DNA from: Ionaspis alba
Lineage: Eukaryota
Assembly: GCA_964255285.1 (NCBI GenBank)
Contig: CAXUUL010000024.1
Coordinates: 1 to 61,197 of the forward strand
Reading direction: 5' to 3'
Length of the DNA: 61,197 nucleotides
Shown piece by piece: positions 1 to 13,187 of this stretch. The number at the start of each line of letters is the position of its first letter. Positions within the stretch are counted from its first letter, which is position 1. The position numbers and the translations under genes are program-made. The notes under the pieces are model-generated. The model worked only from the letters and a program-made list of their open reading frames with translations, was not told the origin of the DNA and made no database searches.

Positions 1-933
1 GGTGGAGGGGACAGTGGAGGGGAGGAGTTTGCCATTGTTATGGAGGCTGAGGGCTGACGACCCTTGGCGCTGGGCCGGTTCAATGGGTTGACAGGTTTTC
101 GTGTTTACTTTGTGGATGAGAACGGAGTTTTGCATTTGAAGGCGAAGAACGACGTCATAATTGGTTTTCATGGGTTATCTGGGACATGCCGGTCGAAACC
201 CTCTCCTCCCAATTCACCAGCTAAGTTAGATATTGGTTGATGGCATCAGCTACTTGACCGGTCCGCTATTTCGAACGCAAAACAGGTGATTCATTTCCGC
301 GTATAAGGGGGACATTGACCGGAGGACCCAAGCAATAGGCTGGAACCGCGGAGCAGTGGACGGATTGTCTCGAGGGAACGTTAAGCAAGGAGTCGACATT
401 CAATTGTGGATGTAAGAGCTACAGACTCTAGTACATTAGAACTAGAATACTAGAATACTCTTTGGTAGCTAAATCACCGTTGTTCGCAGGAGTGTTATTC
501 AACTCGATGGTATCCCAAAACTGTCAAAGCAGTGCATCAAGTGCCGTGCCGAAGAGGAGCATACAGATGTTTCCTTCCCACAGCTTTGGTTGACCAGATC
601 GTAAAAGTATCTGCCAAGTCAATTAATTGCCTTGAGTGTCAGTGGAGAGCGAGAAAGAGTTGACTGAGCCATTGAAGGTCGCTACAAGCAAAGCGGACTG
701 GCACAACTAGGGAGCGGGGCACAATTATGCATAAGTACGTCATACATCCAGATACCGATTCTAAGAGTTTTATCAGTTCTGCCTCGGATTTGCTCGGACG
801 GGCTCCCGTGGCTGATATGTCGTCCATTATATAGGCATTAAACCTCGTATAGCTAGTAGCAGATAATTATATATGTTTTCATAATCCGGACTTTTTAAAT
901 ATCGGCTGCTGCTAATTGCCAGGGAAAGATACC

Positions 934-2644
934 ATGCAAGCACCCGATTCTCCTTCATCCACTAAGCTCGAGGAAGCATCCATCGAAATCGACCATGTCG
1001 CCGAGAAGAAGCTTGTGCGAAAGCTGGACTTGTTTATCATCCCAGTGGTCATGCTACTGTATCTGTTGAGTTTTCTGGACAGGTCAGTCATGGATCGAAC
1101 TTGCGGAATTCACCTGTCTGATCTTTTCAATCAGGGTGAATATTGGCAATGCAAGACTCTACGGTATGGAAGAAGACCTTGGTCTTGTAGGCAATCAGTA
1201 CCAGACAGCTGTCTCTTTGCTTTTCGTTACATACATTGTACGCAGCACCTTCACAACCACCACAAATGATCGTTATGTTCGCCAACACATTCTCTGGCAT
1301 AGTTGTCCGAGCTCCCATCCAACCTCGTCCTCAAGAAATTCACACCTTCGATATGGATAAGTTCAATTACTACCGTCTGGGGAATCATCGCTACCCTCAC
1401 AGGTGTCACAAAAAACTACGGCGGTCTTGTCGCTTGCCGTATTCTGCTCGGCCTCGCCGAAGGCGGTCTCTTTCCTGGTTTGGCCGTCTATCTGACCCTC
1501 TTTTACACCAAACGTGAGCTAGCTCTGCGCATTGGCTATCTATTTGTGTCCGCTGCTCTAGCTGGAGCATGTGGAGGACTACTCGCATATGCCATTGGCC
1601 ACCTAGACGGAACGGCTGGTCTACGAGGTTGGAGATGGTACTCCTCTCGCATTCTTGCAAGCCGAGCCTGTGCGTCAGAACTGACCTAATGACTCTAGGA
1701 TCATGATAATTGAAGGCCTGCCGACGTTCCTGCTGGGTCTGGCCTGCTTTTTCCTCCTTGCAAACAACCCCGACTCTGCTCGTTACCTTACAGCCGATGA
1801 GAAAGCTCTCATGAGAACACGATTCAAGCGGCAGATCGGGCAGACAACGTCTGCACAGGAGATGCACAAGGAAGATGTCATCCTCGGGCTCAAGGACTGG
1901 AAAATCTGGGTCTTTGCCATCGCTCAATTCGGCGCCGACACTATGCTTTATGGGTTCAGCACCTTCCTGCCGACTATCATCCAGGCAATAGGACATTGGT
2001 CCTCTACACAGGTCCAGGCACTGACGATACCTTGCTACCTCGTCGGTGCGCTGGCCTACCTCCTTTGTGCACGCCTCTCAGACTCTAAAGAGATGCGCGG
2101 GATTTTCTGCGTCATCTTTGGAGGATTCTCTGTCATCGGGTATGGAATCTTGATATCAGATTCAAGCTCAGGAGTGCATTACTTTGGGTGTTTTGTCGTA
2201 GCTCTGGGACTATATGTTGTCGTCGGCTTGCCCTTGGCGTGGTTGCCTAACAACCAGCCTCGTTATGGAAAGAGAACGACAGCAACAGGGCTGCAATTGA
2301 CCATTGGAAATATTTCGGGAATCATGGCACCATTTGTAAGTGACCCGAATCTTATGCCACGTTGTCTATTCCTTTGGTTGCGTGGTCTTCTTGGTCTCCT
2401 ATAATCTGACGTTTGGAAACAGCTCTACGAAACAAAAAGCAGTCCCCGCTACATCAAAGGCCATGCAGTCACGTTAGTGATGGTTGGATTTGCGTCTTGT
2501 GTGTATGGATTTATGTGGTGGTATTTTGCCGGTGAGAACAAGAGAAGGAGAGATGGAAAGCAAGACGCGAAGATAGTAGGGATGTCCGAAGAGGAGATAG
2601 CGGAATTAGGAGACAAGAACCCAAGATATGTGTACACGATCTAA
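934..2644 (+). CDS. MFS transporter, anion:cation symporter (Dal5/Tna1-like) family; 5 exons
   Basis: Spliced model: exons 934-1082, 1135-1237, 1303-1637, 1699-2335, 2423-2644. Family motifs KKLVRKLD..IIP, FLDRVNIGNAR, ELPSN, R.LLG.AEGG.FPG, GLRGWRWIMIIEG and C-terminal ELGDKNPRYVY. Confidence 0.92.
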
Positions 2645-3055
2645 TGGCGGTAGACAATAGAAGAACTTTTGGCTGCGGAGGCATTGGTTACGATTGGTGT
2701 ACTCTTTTATGAAACGGGAACTACTTATAGACTATGAGTTTTGTGGTGTATCTTGACAGCTACAGGTCACAACACAGCATACTTGGAACATGGGATAAGT
2801 AGCACAAAAGCTTCGCTTTTCAAAAATGCTAGTAATACGACAAGAGGCAGGGAATACGGGCACAAGCCGTACGAAGAACACGAATTCCTCTCACGTATCC
2901 AGGCTCCCAACCAATTCAACGCTGACCGCTCGACAAGGGAACTCACCAGCGTGCCACCCATAAGATATAGTCGACTCTTTATACACAAAACCCTCGTCCC
3001 TCAACAACTCCCTCAACGCTACATGCAAACAGCCCTTTTGGTCGCTAATACTCCT

Positions 3056-4824
3056 TCAAACATCCAAACTCCCCCTCGAACTCTTACTCCTGCCCCCACC
3101 CCTCGCACTATCTCCATCGAACTCCACTCTCACCTCCGTCGTCGCGCGAATCCCATCCTCCGCCTTCATGATATACTCCTCGCTATCATTATCCTTACCC
3201 CCATGCCATCTCCTCGCATCATCCCTCCCGCCATCAAGCGGCCATGCCTTCTCCTGCGCCTTCGCGCCACCGACGGCCGAATGGCTGATAATAGGCTGTC
3301 TGGTCTTGTCCTTGCCGACACTACTCCTGGCGCTGGGGCCGAGCTCCTTCAGGTGATCCATGTGGTATATATTGCCCCCGTTGTCGACGGCGGTGTCGAG
3401 CTGGGAGTTGTTGGAGCGGAACATGTAGGAACCTTTGTTGTTGGGTCCGCCTGAGGGGACGTTGTTGGCACCGTATTTGGAGTCTGGGTAGGCAGATTTA
3501 CGGCCGGAGGTCGAGGTCATGCCGGCGAAGTAGCGGAAGAGGGGTCCTAGGGTTGGGATACAGCAGGCGAGGATCTGTCAGTGGGCGATTGTGTTAGTGG
3601 AGTGACTGGGTTGGGATGAGTAAGGAAGTAGGACCTACGCCAAGGTTTAGCTCGATGTTGGACCATAGGATGATGTCGTAACTGTCGGTCCAGGTTTTGA
3701 GGTTCTTGACGTAATTCATGCGGATGACTTGGATGATGGTGATGAAAAATCCAAGAGTGAAGACGCCGATGAGGACGTACTGTAAAAATTTTCTGATCAG
3801 AGTGGATTGTGAAGGAGGGTGTAGGACAGATATCAATACCTTCTTTCGCTTCGGTAGCTGTAGCTTAACCAGGACTGGAAGAGGTAGAGCGATGATAATA
3901 ACATCGAGTAAGAGGGTTGTGCCTATTGGTTATCAACTAATATTCGGCAGGAAGCTTGATGTCAATTGGACGTACTCGCTAAAGCTAAAGCAGGTCACCG
4001 TGATTAGCGAAAGGATCGTCGATTGTGTACCAGGAGCGAAGACTTACCATACAACCATGGAAGCTGGTTAATACACGATCCACCAGGAATCGAGAAGTCC
4101 CACTGGAAGGAGATCTGATACATTTAGCAAAAGCTCGCTTCAATTTTTGGTCCGTGGTACACCCACAGGCTTGCAGGCGAAGCAGAGGATACAAGTGAAG
4201 AGAATCTGGTTGATGAAGCAAGCCGCTATGACAATGTAGATGCCTATTCGGTGTGGTTTGTTGAAACCTCCGATTCGTAGATAGGCGAAGAGCAGTCCAA
4301 GCTTGAATCCAAGAAGACCGAGGGTGTATAGCGGACTTCCGGCATATTGGACCTTGAAGTCGTTAGGAAGATCGCAACGGGAGAAGCATATGTGAGGCGC
4401 ACCTTGAGGTAATCAAGAAGGTCTACCAAGGGGAAGTCCGAAACTTCGAGTCCTTGTCCCCATCTTGTCTCTTCTCTTAGTTAGAATTGGTCTGATCCGA
4501 AATCGGAGCAGAGAAGGCATGATGCCATGGCAGACATACGTAGTATACCGACAATGGTGTAACCGAGTGTCATGACCTGGTTTGATATCAGCATCGAGCC
4601 TTTTGAATTAAGTAGCAGACGATATGCAGTGTGTGCAATCATACCATTGAGAATATGACAAAGACATCATCCACTCCAAATCCACCCTTCCTGACCTTCA
4701 GCCGAACATAGAGCCTCGCAATCACAGCGATGAGAGCTACTCCGGTGATTGTAGAGGTTACGGCAATGAATTTAGGAGCCCTGGTAGGTGCATTGGGGTT
4801 CTCAAGATTGTATACCCACCCCAT
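3056..4824 (-). CDS. PTH11-like integral membrane protein (fungal rhodopsin domain), multi-exon
   Basis: N-terminal ARLYVR...GVDD, then K.GLLFAYLRI, CKP..FQWD...GSCIN, DVIIIALPLPVLVKLQLPKRKK, WSNIELNLG.ILACCIPTLGPLF, and a polar cytoplasmic tail (ORF 3056-3520). Introns are canonical. Confidence 0.88.
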
Positions 4825-6399
4825 AATGACCGTTTTCGAAGAACGTTAATCAAATCGAAAAGATGTGCACAATAGATAGGGTTTATTTCCAGAAGACAGA
4901 GAAGCAGAAGACGGTGCAATGCCAGGGAGCAAAAGCACTACATCAGGAGGTTTCGAGAGAGCGGGCGCCCGTAGAGATAAAAAAGAACGGCACTGATAGC
5001 GACAAGAACTCAAGGTACCTGCACTTGTTTTCTGCAAGATCCTGCGTGAAGTTCGTCAAGCATCTCGACAAGCCTAAGCAGAATCGCACTTGTTCCTGAA
5101 TGGCCTGGCCCAATCAAAAATCGCACGGATCTTGGGGTCCCCATGTGCCTGATAAGGGACCTTGGAAGAACTGAGTGCGGTCGAGGAAGGCTCTAGGAAG
5201 CCACGGAAGCCTCCCGACTGCAAGCCCCTGCAGACCAAAGCTTGATACAAGGCTGATTGACCAATTGGATGAGAGCGAGGAAAGGGTGCGAGTGTCGAAA
5301 GGCAGGATCAGCGCGAGATTCTGAGAGGGACGGGAGATGAGGAGGAGAAAGCGATGGATGACGCTAGGATGGGCTAGATGGTAAGGGTAGAGGACGAGGA
5401 CGGAAGAAATTGAGGAGGGTCCCGCTTAGGACGAGGAAAAAGAGCTGGAGATGAAAGGCTAGCACAACGTTTTCTTGATAGGAGGAACAACTTAGTGGAC
5501 TTGAGCAAATTTCCGTGGCGCTGTTTTGAAGCAATAATGGAACGAATTTGCCAGGATAATGGATGGGTAACCAAAGAATGATGAGGAAAGCGCGATCCGT
5601 CACTTCCAGTATTATTGCAACAAGACATGTGGCCACAACAGTAGCCAAAAGCACTGAAAACAGTCAAGCACAACCCACCATCTCTCTCTAGTAGTCCACA
5701 CCCTCGAAGCCGGTACGACGGGCACAGAACAGCCGATCGATCCCCCGAGTCCAGTACGAGTACGTAGCTCAAGCAAATCTTTCCACTTCTCCAGTACCTC
5801 TGTAAGACCCCCGAAAAGCCAGACTTTCCACTTTCCCCGGCTCAGGAAGCAATCCCCGCGCTAGCCTCCGGGGCTCTTCATCTCTCTGTCCGAAGTGTCG
5901 TCGCTAAGATCAGCTATCGACAGGGTGGAAAGGGTGTAGAGGAAACGGCTCGGAGACTTGCTGGGTCCATTTTGTTAGGACCTGAGAAATCCCTACTGGT
6001 GCCACGCGGGAACGGGTGGTGAATGAGGCTAGTAGGGAGCCGGGGAGGTTGGCGGTGGGAGGGCTTGACTTCGGTTAATTTTTGTTGGTGGTGCCTCATA
6101 CGTCTGGGCTTAGGGAAGAGGTTGGGGAGCTGATGCGATACTGAAGAGGCTGGTTTAGGGTCGTGATTGACGGTGGTGGGAAAGGGGAATGCTTACTTGA
6201 GCTTTCAGATCGAAGCCTTACGACGGAGTGTTTGATTACCCGAGATATGATAATGATAAAGGCAAAATTACTTCGGGGGAGCAGTAATATGTGCATTTGA
6301 TCCGACTATATCTACCGATGGTCAAGTCGTCGTCCTAGGTCATAAAACGGTCGTCTCAGTGTGGTCTGTCTATGTACAAAAAGATAGTCATATCCCAGG

Positions 6400-8254
6400 T
6401 TATGCTCTGCACAATCTACCATCGAGCTGGATGGTCCAGTAATCGCTATCCACCGCCTTGGTGACATAGAAAAGATGGTCGGGATCATATTTGATCTTGA
6501 TCTGCCGCAGACGATCGTAGTTGACGCCGAAGAAATCGTGCTTCCAATTCGGCGCTTGAAAATCACCCTCGTTGATGTAGCAACCCGAGTCGGGAGAAAG
6601 GTTTTGCAGTTGAGGAAGCCAGTTAAAAGTCATCTTGTTCTGGTAGGCGACCCTGACTTCCCAGGGATCGGTCTCGATCCAGGGTGATGCGAGGACAGTG
6701 GAGATGCCGGCTGTGCGCCAGGCTGGGAGGACTGCATTGTAGGTGTCTCCGGATACCGAGGTTGATACATTGATGCTGACACCTATGTAGAGTCCGCCAT
6801 CGTTAACGATGTTCCTTGTTGCAGCAGTGAAGTCTTTGTTCCTTGTATCAATGATCTTCTGTGGGGTGAGCCAGCCGCCGTATTGAGCCGTGCCAACTCC
6901 AATGGGGTCGAACATGGCCTTATAATGGGCAAGATATGTCGGAGATTGAAGAACAGTCTGATTGAAAGGTATGGCGAGCGAATTGAGCTTGTCGAAGAAG
7001 GGCTGAAGCAGAGCTCTGACCTGTGTTGCCGTCTTCCCGGGCATTGTAAGGGGCATGATGTTGAACGATCCAGCAGTGAAAATATACACAGTCATGCCAC
7101 CAACATCAGAGAATGTGTGAACGATGGAATGGTAGTACTCAATTGCCTCCCAGAATGCTGCGTCGGTTGTGTCTGATTTGAGGAAAGAAACCTTGGCGCC
7201 AGTGGTGATCTTGTCTGGATGAGCCTTGACGGTCATCGACATAACAACAGCGTAGTTTCCACCTCCACCACCACTCAATGCCCAGAAGAGGTCCGAATTC
7301 TGCGAACGGGTGACAGTGAGAAATTTCCCATCCGCCGTAACGACTTCAAATGCCAATGTCTGATCTGCACCCAATCCATAGGCAGATCCAAGAGCAGAAT
7401 GGCCACCACCTTGAGTATAGCCACCTGCAAGACCGACGGTTGGACATTCACCTCCGACAACTGCAAGTCCAGCTTTGTCTGCTGCTGCATAGGCCTCGAA
7501 GCCTTGAACACCGGCACCCATTTTCATAGCCTTACCTTTGTAGTGTCCATCATCGAAATCGGAGATGGTAATGCTCTTGAGATAGTGTGTCCAGATAGCA
7601 AGAGAACCTGGGCCAGTAGATCTGCCGAAGTAGCTAGAGAGGAATATTAGCTAACTAGTCAGATAATTGAGACAGGAGAAAGTCGTACTCATGACCGGTG
7701 TTTCTAACAATTAGTCTGATGTTCTTTGACTTAGCGAAAGCAAGTCCCTTGGCCACGTCCTGAGGTGTTGTGACATTTATCGAGTAATCGACATAATTGC
7801 CTAAAGTGCAAGGCCATTCTCGAGGAGTGAAGGGATCACAGCTTCTGTTCGCGAAGAATGGTGCCATGATCGAAGAGGAAGATGTGTCACTAGCAGTCCG
7901 ATGTCAGCGCTCTTTCGCCAGGCTCGGCACCTTTGAGAATACTTACTGTAATTCCGGGGTAGTCCATTGCTGTTGCAGATAAAGGCACTTCGCAGCATCG
8001 TAGGTGGGATCATGGCAAGGAGAACCGATGGGTTGGGTCTTGACGAGTCTTCCTCCGACAGACACATTGAGTTTGCTCCAATCCGAATCCGAAGGCCAGC
8101 ATCCATCGGTTGGCATGCAATGGCAGAATGACTTGGATGAGGATGTATCCATCAATGGAACTGCCCAAGCCACACCGCAAGCAAGCATTGCCGTGACCAG
8201 GGTCAGCCGCGGTCGCCATGCTTGCGTCAAGAAGGATTGCGTTTTGGTCGTCAT
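6400..8254 (-). CDS. Secreted FAD-linked oxidoreductase (berberine-bridge-enzyme-like), 3 exons
   Basis: Signal-like N-terminus, CHCMPTDGCWPS, spliced IVRNTGHDYFGRSTG, GGECPTVGLAGGYTQGGGHS, DLFWALSGGGGG and BBE C-terminus YINEGD...FFG.NY.RL.QIK.KYDP. Confidence 0.93.
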
Positions 8255-9427
8255 ATTGCCGATAGCAATTAGCGTCAATGGGTTGCAGAGACTGTTGACA
8301 AAGAACCAAATATACTGATAATGGTGGGAGAATGCCACCATAAGTACTTCCTAGCCCGCAAAAATAGAGGAAGCCGAGCTGCCGGTCCACGTCCTGGACC
8401 TCGAGAGATGCTTTCCATTTTCGAGCACGTTAGCCACGCTGTTCCTGCACCTAAAGCTCGGTGGAGGAGTCTAAAGCACGAGGGGATCCTGTCCCGAACG
8501 ATCAGTCTTGCACGAGGCTAGGAAACGAGGCAGGCATCAGGTCAATCACAGACGGAGCTGGAAGGCAGTGGCGGAGGTGGCAAGAGCGCATGGAGCTCTC
8601 CGATGCGGCTGCTTGTCGAACCGTTGCGGATTGAGCCAATCTGCGCTGCCACATAGGGTTGATCGCTTGACCGCCTCGCACGAGTCAGCCGCTTGGAATT
8701 GAATCCTTGTACGTCGTTTCGACCCTGCCCATCTTGTATTCTTCCGGAAATGCATTCGAATGCTTAGCATCTTCCAGTAAGGGATCTTCCCAGCCACTAA
8801 GTCCATTGAGTCCATTATTGAACCAAGGCCGAGAGCTTACCTGTCCCACGAGGCGGAGATTTAGGTGCAGTTATTTGTGGGGCTGGAACGGTGGAGCATG
8901 ACTTCGGTACTTCTCGAACACAGCTCCACCGATGAGAATTCAAAATTGCTACTTTCGGCTCATCCTGGTCAGTCGATTAGTCAGTTAGTGAGATAACAGG
9001 TTTCCAATAATAATGGAGAAGCTGTTCGACGTCTCTTCATGGTATGACCATACAAAACATTTTGGGCTTGGTGTAACGGTGTTGTTGCCATGGAGAACAG
9101 ATTTAATCTCTGTTTTCCTCGAATGGAGTGAGTCGCATGGAAGTCTTAGGAGGAAACGATGCTGGAATAGTCGATTACATTTCTCTGCAGGGCATGCTTT
9201 TCGATGAGCGAATCAGCTACATGTATGCGCAATAAGGCGCAGGCTGTGATTATCACGCGAGCCAATCCGACAAAGCAGGATGACTCCTGGGGAATCGGCC
9301 GTGGCAGAGGTTTACCATACTACGGAAAATCCTTCTGTCTGCAAATCACAACAGCAATCGTAGCTAAGAACGAGAAGAGGGCACTTTCGTGAAGGACAAA
9401 AACTCTGAGTGCTACAACGAGACATGG

Positions 9428-10181
9428 TCAGGTTTTCCAGTCCTCCACAGATCCTACCGCAAAAAACAAGAACATAGAAGCCAGTAAGTTTATCCAGCTC
9501 ACATTCAAACCTGCAGCACCTCCGGTAGGAATCCCAGTGGTATTCCCAGTGCTCGGACAATCACCTCCCTGTGCGCATGATTTCCAGCCTTTGATCGCAT
9601 CCTGGACATTCGCCTGGTATTCTCCATCCACATTCCCTAGCGGCGAGTATTCACATACAACGAACCATCCAACAACGCCATTCCTCCCATTACAGTAATT
9701 TCTTTCACATCCCATCTCTTTCGAACCTTTCCAGACCAGCTGGGTAAAGTGCCTCGTCGCCTCGCCGAAGCCCCCTTTGCGAAAGTCGTATGAGTTGCGT
9801 TCGTTGCCCCAGGCGTTGACTGTGGCTGCGACGTTCCAGAAGCCTTGGGCGAGGTTCTCGCCACTCGGACCTCTCTGTGAAATAAGAGTGGGCTTCTATA
9901 CAGAGAATGACTCGGCGGATACTTACCGACGATTTGAAATTGCAGAGGAACGCCCATCTTCTGGCATAGTTCCCGAGTAAGTCGTTCCATATCAGAGCTG
10001 TCGCATTGTGCTGATCTCGATAAAAGTTGGTAGAATCCAGTATCTGCTGCTTGAACATCGAGTCGGAGAGAAAGCTGGGTGCATCAGTCTGCACGCCCGG
10101 CGTGCCAGTTGTAGTAATGGTCTGGCCTGCAACAGAGACAGTGTGGACTAGTAGAACGAGAAAGACAAACATGCAGCGCAT
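9428..10181 (-). CDS. Secreted CAP/SCP/PR-1 family protein with hydrophobic C-terminal tail, 2 exons
   Basis: Signal peptide MRCMFVFLVLLV. Motifs ILDSTNFYRDQH..L.WN, GENLAQG, AWGNER, HFTQLVWK..EMGC, WFVVCEYSPLGNV. One GTAAGT..CAG intron at about 9875-9926. Confidence 0.9.
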
Positions 10182-10743
10182 TGCGTAGAATTGTAAATCG
10201 GGTTGCTATCAATTGCAATGAAATCGAAGCCTTATGTACGTGATGACACGAAGAAGTCCGGCGCTGAAAGGAACGCGAAGCATGAGGGGGCAGTGCTGCA
10301 AGCGAAAAAGAGATCACCACCGACGCATAGTAATGGTAGAGCGCTTCTAGCAGACGGCACACTGGCCGTGCCAAAGAGGTCTGACCCGAGGCTGGAAACT
10401 GCTTGATGATGAATCTTCAACTGTCGAATCCTTTGTCAAAGGTTTGGTTCAGATCTCTCCAGGAAAGACCACTGGCTGTGACGTGGTTCCTGGAGCATGC
10501 ATCCCTGCATATACATTTGTCACGTGCCTCGATCCTTAATTCCACGACACTGGACATTCCTTTAACCATCGTCCTTCGCCGGCGTTGTCAATGATGTCTG
10601 AACAAGAAGAAGGCAGATCACTCGAAGCAATGATGGATCCGAGATGGAATTGTCGCTATCATCTATCTTCATTGCTTCTATTTAGCCTATTCGAAATGCC
10701 AACGACTCTCGAAACTCGATCAGCCATACACTTAGTCAATCTT

Positions 10744-11862
10744 CTAGCTCTTGAAGAGCATGCTAGCCTTTTCTAGGACGGTAACCTGCTGCTTGAGACA
10801 TTCAATCATTTCCCTATCGTTATCTTGGGTCGCCGTCAAGGTATCAACCTCTTGCTTCAGTGCGATGTTGTAGTCGGTGAGGAATTCGATCTTCGCTTTG
10901 TCTGCCCTCTTCTATTCCAGCCTTCTTTTCTTCCTGTTGACCTTACGCACTTCCTCCATCCTCGCTTGCACTTGCTTTGCCTTCTTGACCTTGTGATCGG
11001 ATGCTTGGGAGAGGTCTTGTCTCTCCAGGAAGTAGTGCCAACGTCCTTCATGGAAAGCTTGCCATATGGTTGGATCTGTGACTGCGAAAGTGTGATTCAG
11101 GTATAGAAAGTCCGACTTGAACCTCTCAAAAGAAGCGGCACTCGAGCTTTTGGGAGGGGGAACGAGATAGCAGTTCTCCCTGAACATAAGGTTCTCGTGA
11201 GAATAGGGGACCTTAACGAGCGTCAACTTAACGTCCTTTGATGTTAGTTGGACGTACATACCTCTTCTAGCTTCCTACGCACAAGCCGACCTTTCTTGTG
11301 GGGCCAGAGACTGATCAATAGGCAGTGGAACGCAGAAACTGTATCTCGTTCATCCCGAATGTCTTCACGAGCATGCGCACCCAACAGAAAGTCGTGCCAG
11401 TGGAAATCTTTCCAATGAATGCGGTGTACTGGCGGCATACTCATGAGGCTCTTCCTGATCACGGCATGCAGACCAAGTGTATCAATTCGTTGGAGCAGAC
11501 CATGATTAGGTGTGTATTGCTTGTCTGGTGAATCTTGCTAAAAGACCTCCATGTCGTGGAAAAGTATGCCATCCGCAGGTATTTCAGTCTTTCCATGATA
11601 GTCAGGACTCCATCGCGATGCTATTCGAGGGTGATATATATGGGCCATAAGAGAATCTAGGACTTTACAATTCATAACCTAGCGTGTGAGCCAGTCCTCC
11701 CATCCTCCTTTGACCTAGTCGAAGGTTAGAGAGCGGTCGCGTCCGAAAGTGTACAGCTTGATCATGAAGCCCCTTAAAGCCTTTGAAGTCACTGGATTTG
11801 AGGTCGTCATTGAAGTCTAATATCCACATGATACTGAGGTCGCTAGGCAGGAGGTTTGCCAT
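10744..11862 (-). pseudogene. Spliced orphan gene with coiled-coil-like C-terminus, interrupted by in-frame TAG codons
   Basis: Introns 11621-11678 and 11212-11261 (GTATGT..CTAAC..AAG) join three ORF pieces in one frame. In-frame TAG at 11538-11540 and 10912-10914, with coding-like continuation after each. Confidence 0.5.
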
Positions 11863-12576
11863 CGTTTTCGATAATTTGTTGTTGCGCTGTCAAGTCTAGC
11901 ATATTGCGAAAGTAGTGAAACTTCTTTAAGTGTTGATCGCGGTGTTGGTCCTAAGGGTTGCCAGGTCCACGTACCAACATCAATTCGGCTCGCAGAGAAA
12001 TGTGCGCTCTCAACGTTGAATCTTGGTTACTTAGTGCTCGTACTCAAGAGCTATCATTACGATCAGGTGTAAGAGCATAAGAGTACCAAGGTCTAAATAC
12101 TTTTCCATGACTCCCCTGCACAGGACAAGCTAAGCGCTTCAAGTGTGCAGCATAGTCTAAGTATATAATCATAATAAGCCCATATACTGTATCGGCTTAG
12201 AAAGGGCAAATGAGCGGAGTGGTTATGACTGGAGGTTTCCGAAAAGGAAGGCAGTAGCTCCACTATCCGGCTTTGACTGGAAGCTCGAAAGAATTTGTAG
12301 CACCGGTATCCCAAAGTTGAACCCTCAAAGAAACCAAAACAAAACCTCCACTGAACAAACTCAACTGGCCACTAGAGCTTTCTTCAGCCGTCAATACATT
12401 GACCGAGAGTAAAGGCGTTGAAGTTTTTGCCTTTTTGTTTCCTCTCTATCTTGTTGATTTGCTCGTATCTGCCGCTGATTGCCTTTAACCTGTCGACGCA
12501 CTCGTTTCTTGCAGCTACCAAGCGCCCTGCGTGTAGTCCAAGACGGAAAACTTTTGCCGTCACTACCTTCTATCCT

Positions 12577-13187
12577 TCACTCAGGGTGCTTCCCACCCTT
12601 CAACATCTCCTTCCCCTTCTCCGCCATACCCTTCACCTTCTCGAGCGGCTGCTCCTTGCCTCGCATCTCCTTCTCGCGTGCCGACTGCGCAATACGAGCA
12701 TTCTCGTCTTTGGCCTTAGCAACTTCTTCCGAGGACATCTTGACAGTGTTTGCTGCTCCACCTGCAATTTACCTGTTAGCTCCCCTAACCTGCACAATCC
12801 GTCCCATACCCCCTTCAGCAGTCCAGAGAGGTGGTACCAATCTCTTCGAGACGTACCTCGTCCGTAATGGCTCTCTCCCTGGCTCACCCTCCTCGGCGGC
12901 GCATTCACATCCTGACTATCACGGGCCAGTTGCGGATTATTCGGGTCGTTCTTGGCCATGTTGCCTTGGCCGCCGCGGCCGGTAGTGTACATGTCGGATT
13001 TGATGGAGGGGGTGACAAGGTCGGGTACGGGGCTATTGGCTTTGGCGGATATGTTACCTTAGAGAAAAGTGAGTCCGATTGTGGGCCATTAACCTGAATG
13101 AGGGAGGAGAGGATGAAGGGAGGTACCTGCGCCGCCACGACCGTACGAGGCGACTTTGTCTTTGGAGGAGGAGCGATTGGTAGACAT
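12577..13187 (-). CDS. Small GRGG-repeat fungal protein (DUF3602-like), 3 exons
   Basis: Exons 13187-13127, 13057-12857, 12761-12577 give SYGRGGAGNI...YTTGRGGQGNM...HYGRGGAAN...GMAEKGKEML. Confidence 0.82.

Noticed and set aside
1..35. Possible start of a minus-strand gene (MANSSPPLSPS...) running off the window
   Set aside because: Only about 11 codons are visible, which is not enough evidence.
2741..3454. 237-aa plus-strand ORF
   Set aside because: Antisense to the last exon and 3' UTR of the PTH11-like gene.
6070..6095. Sm-site-like AATTTTTG suggesting an snRNA or telomerase RNA
   Set aside because: No other snRNA signature or telomere template nearby.
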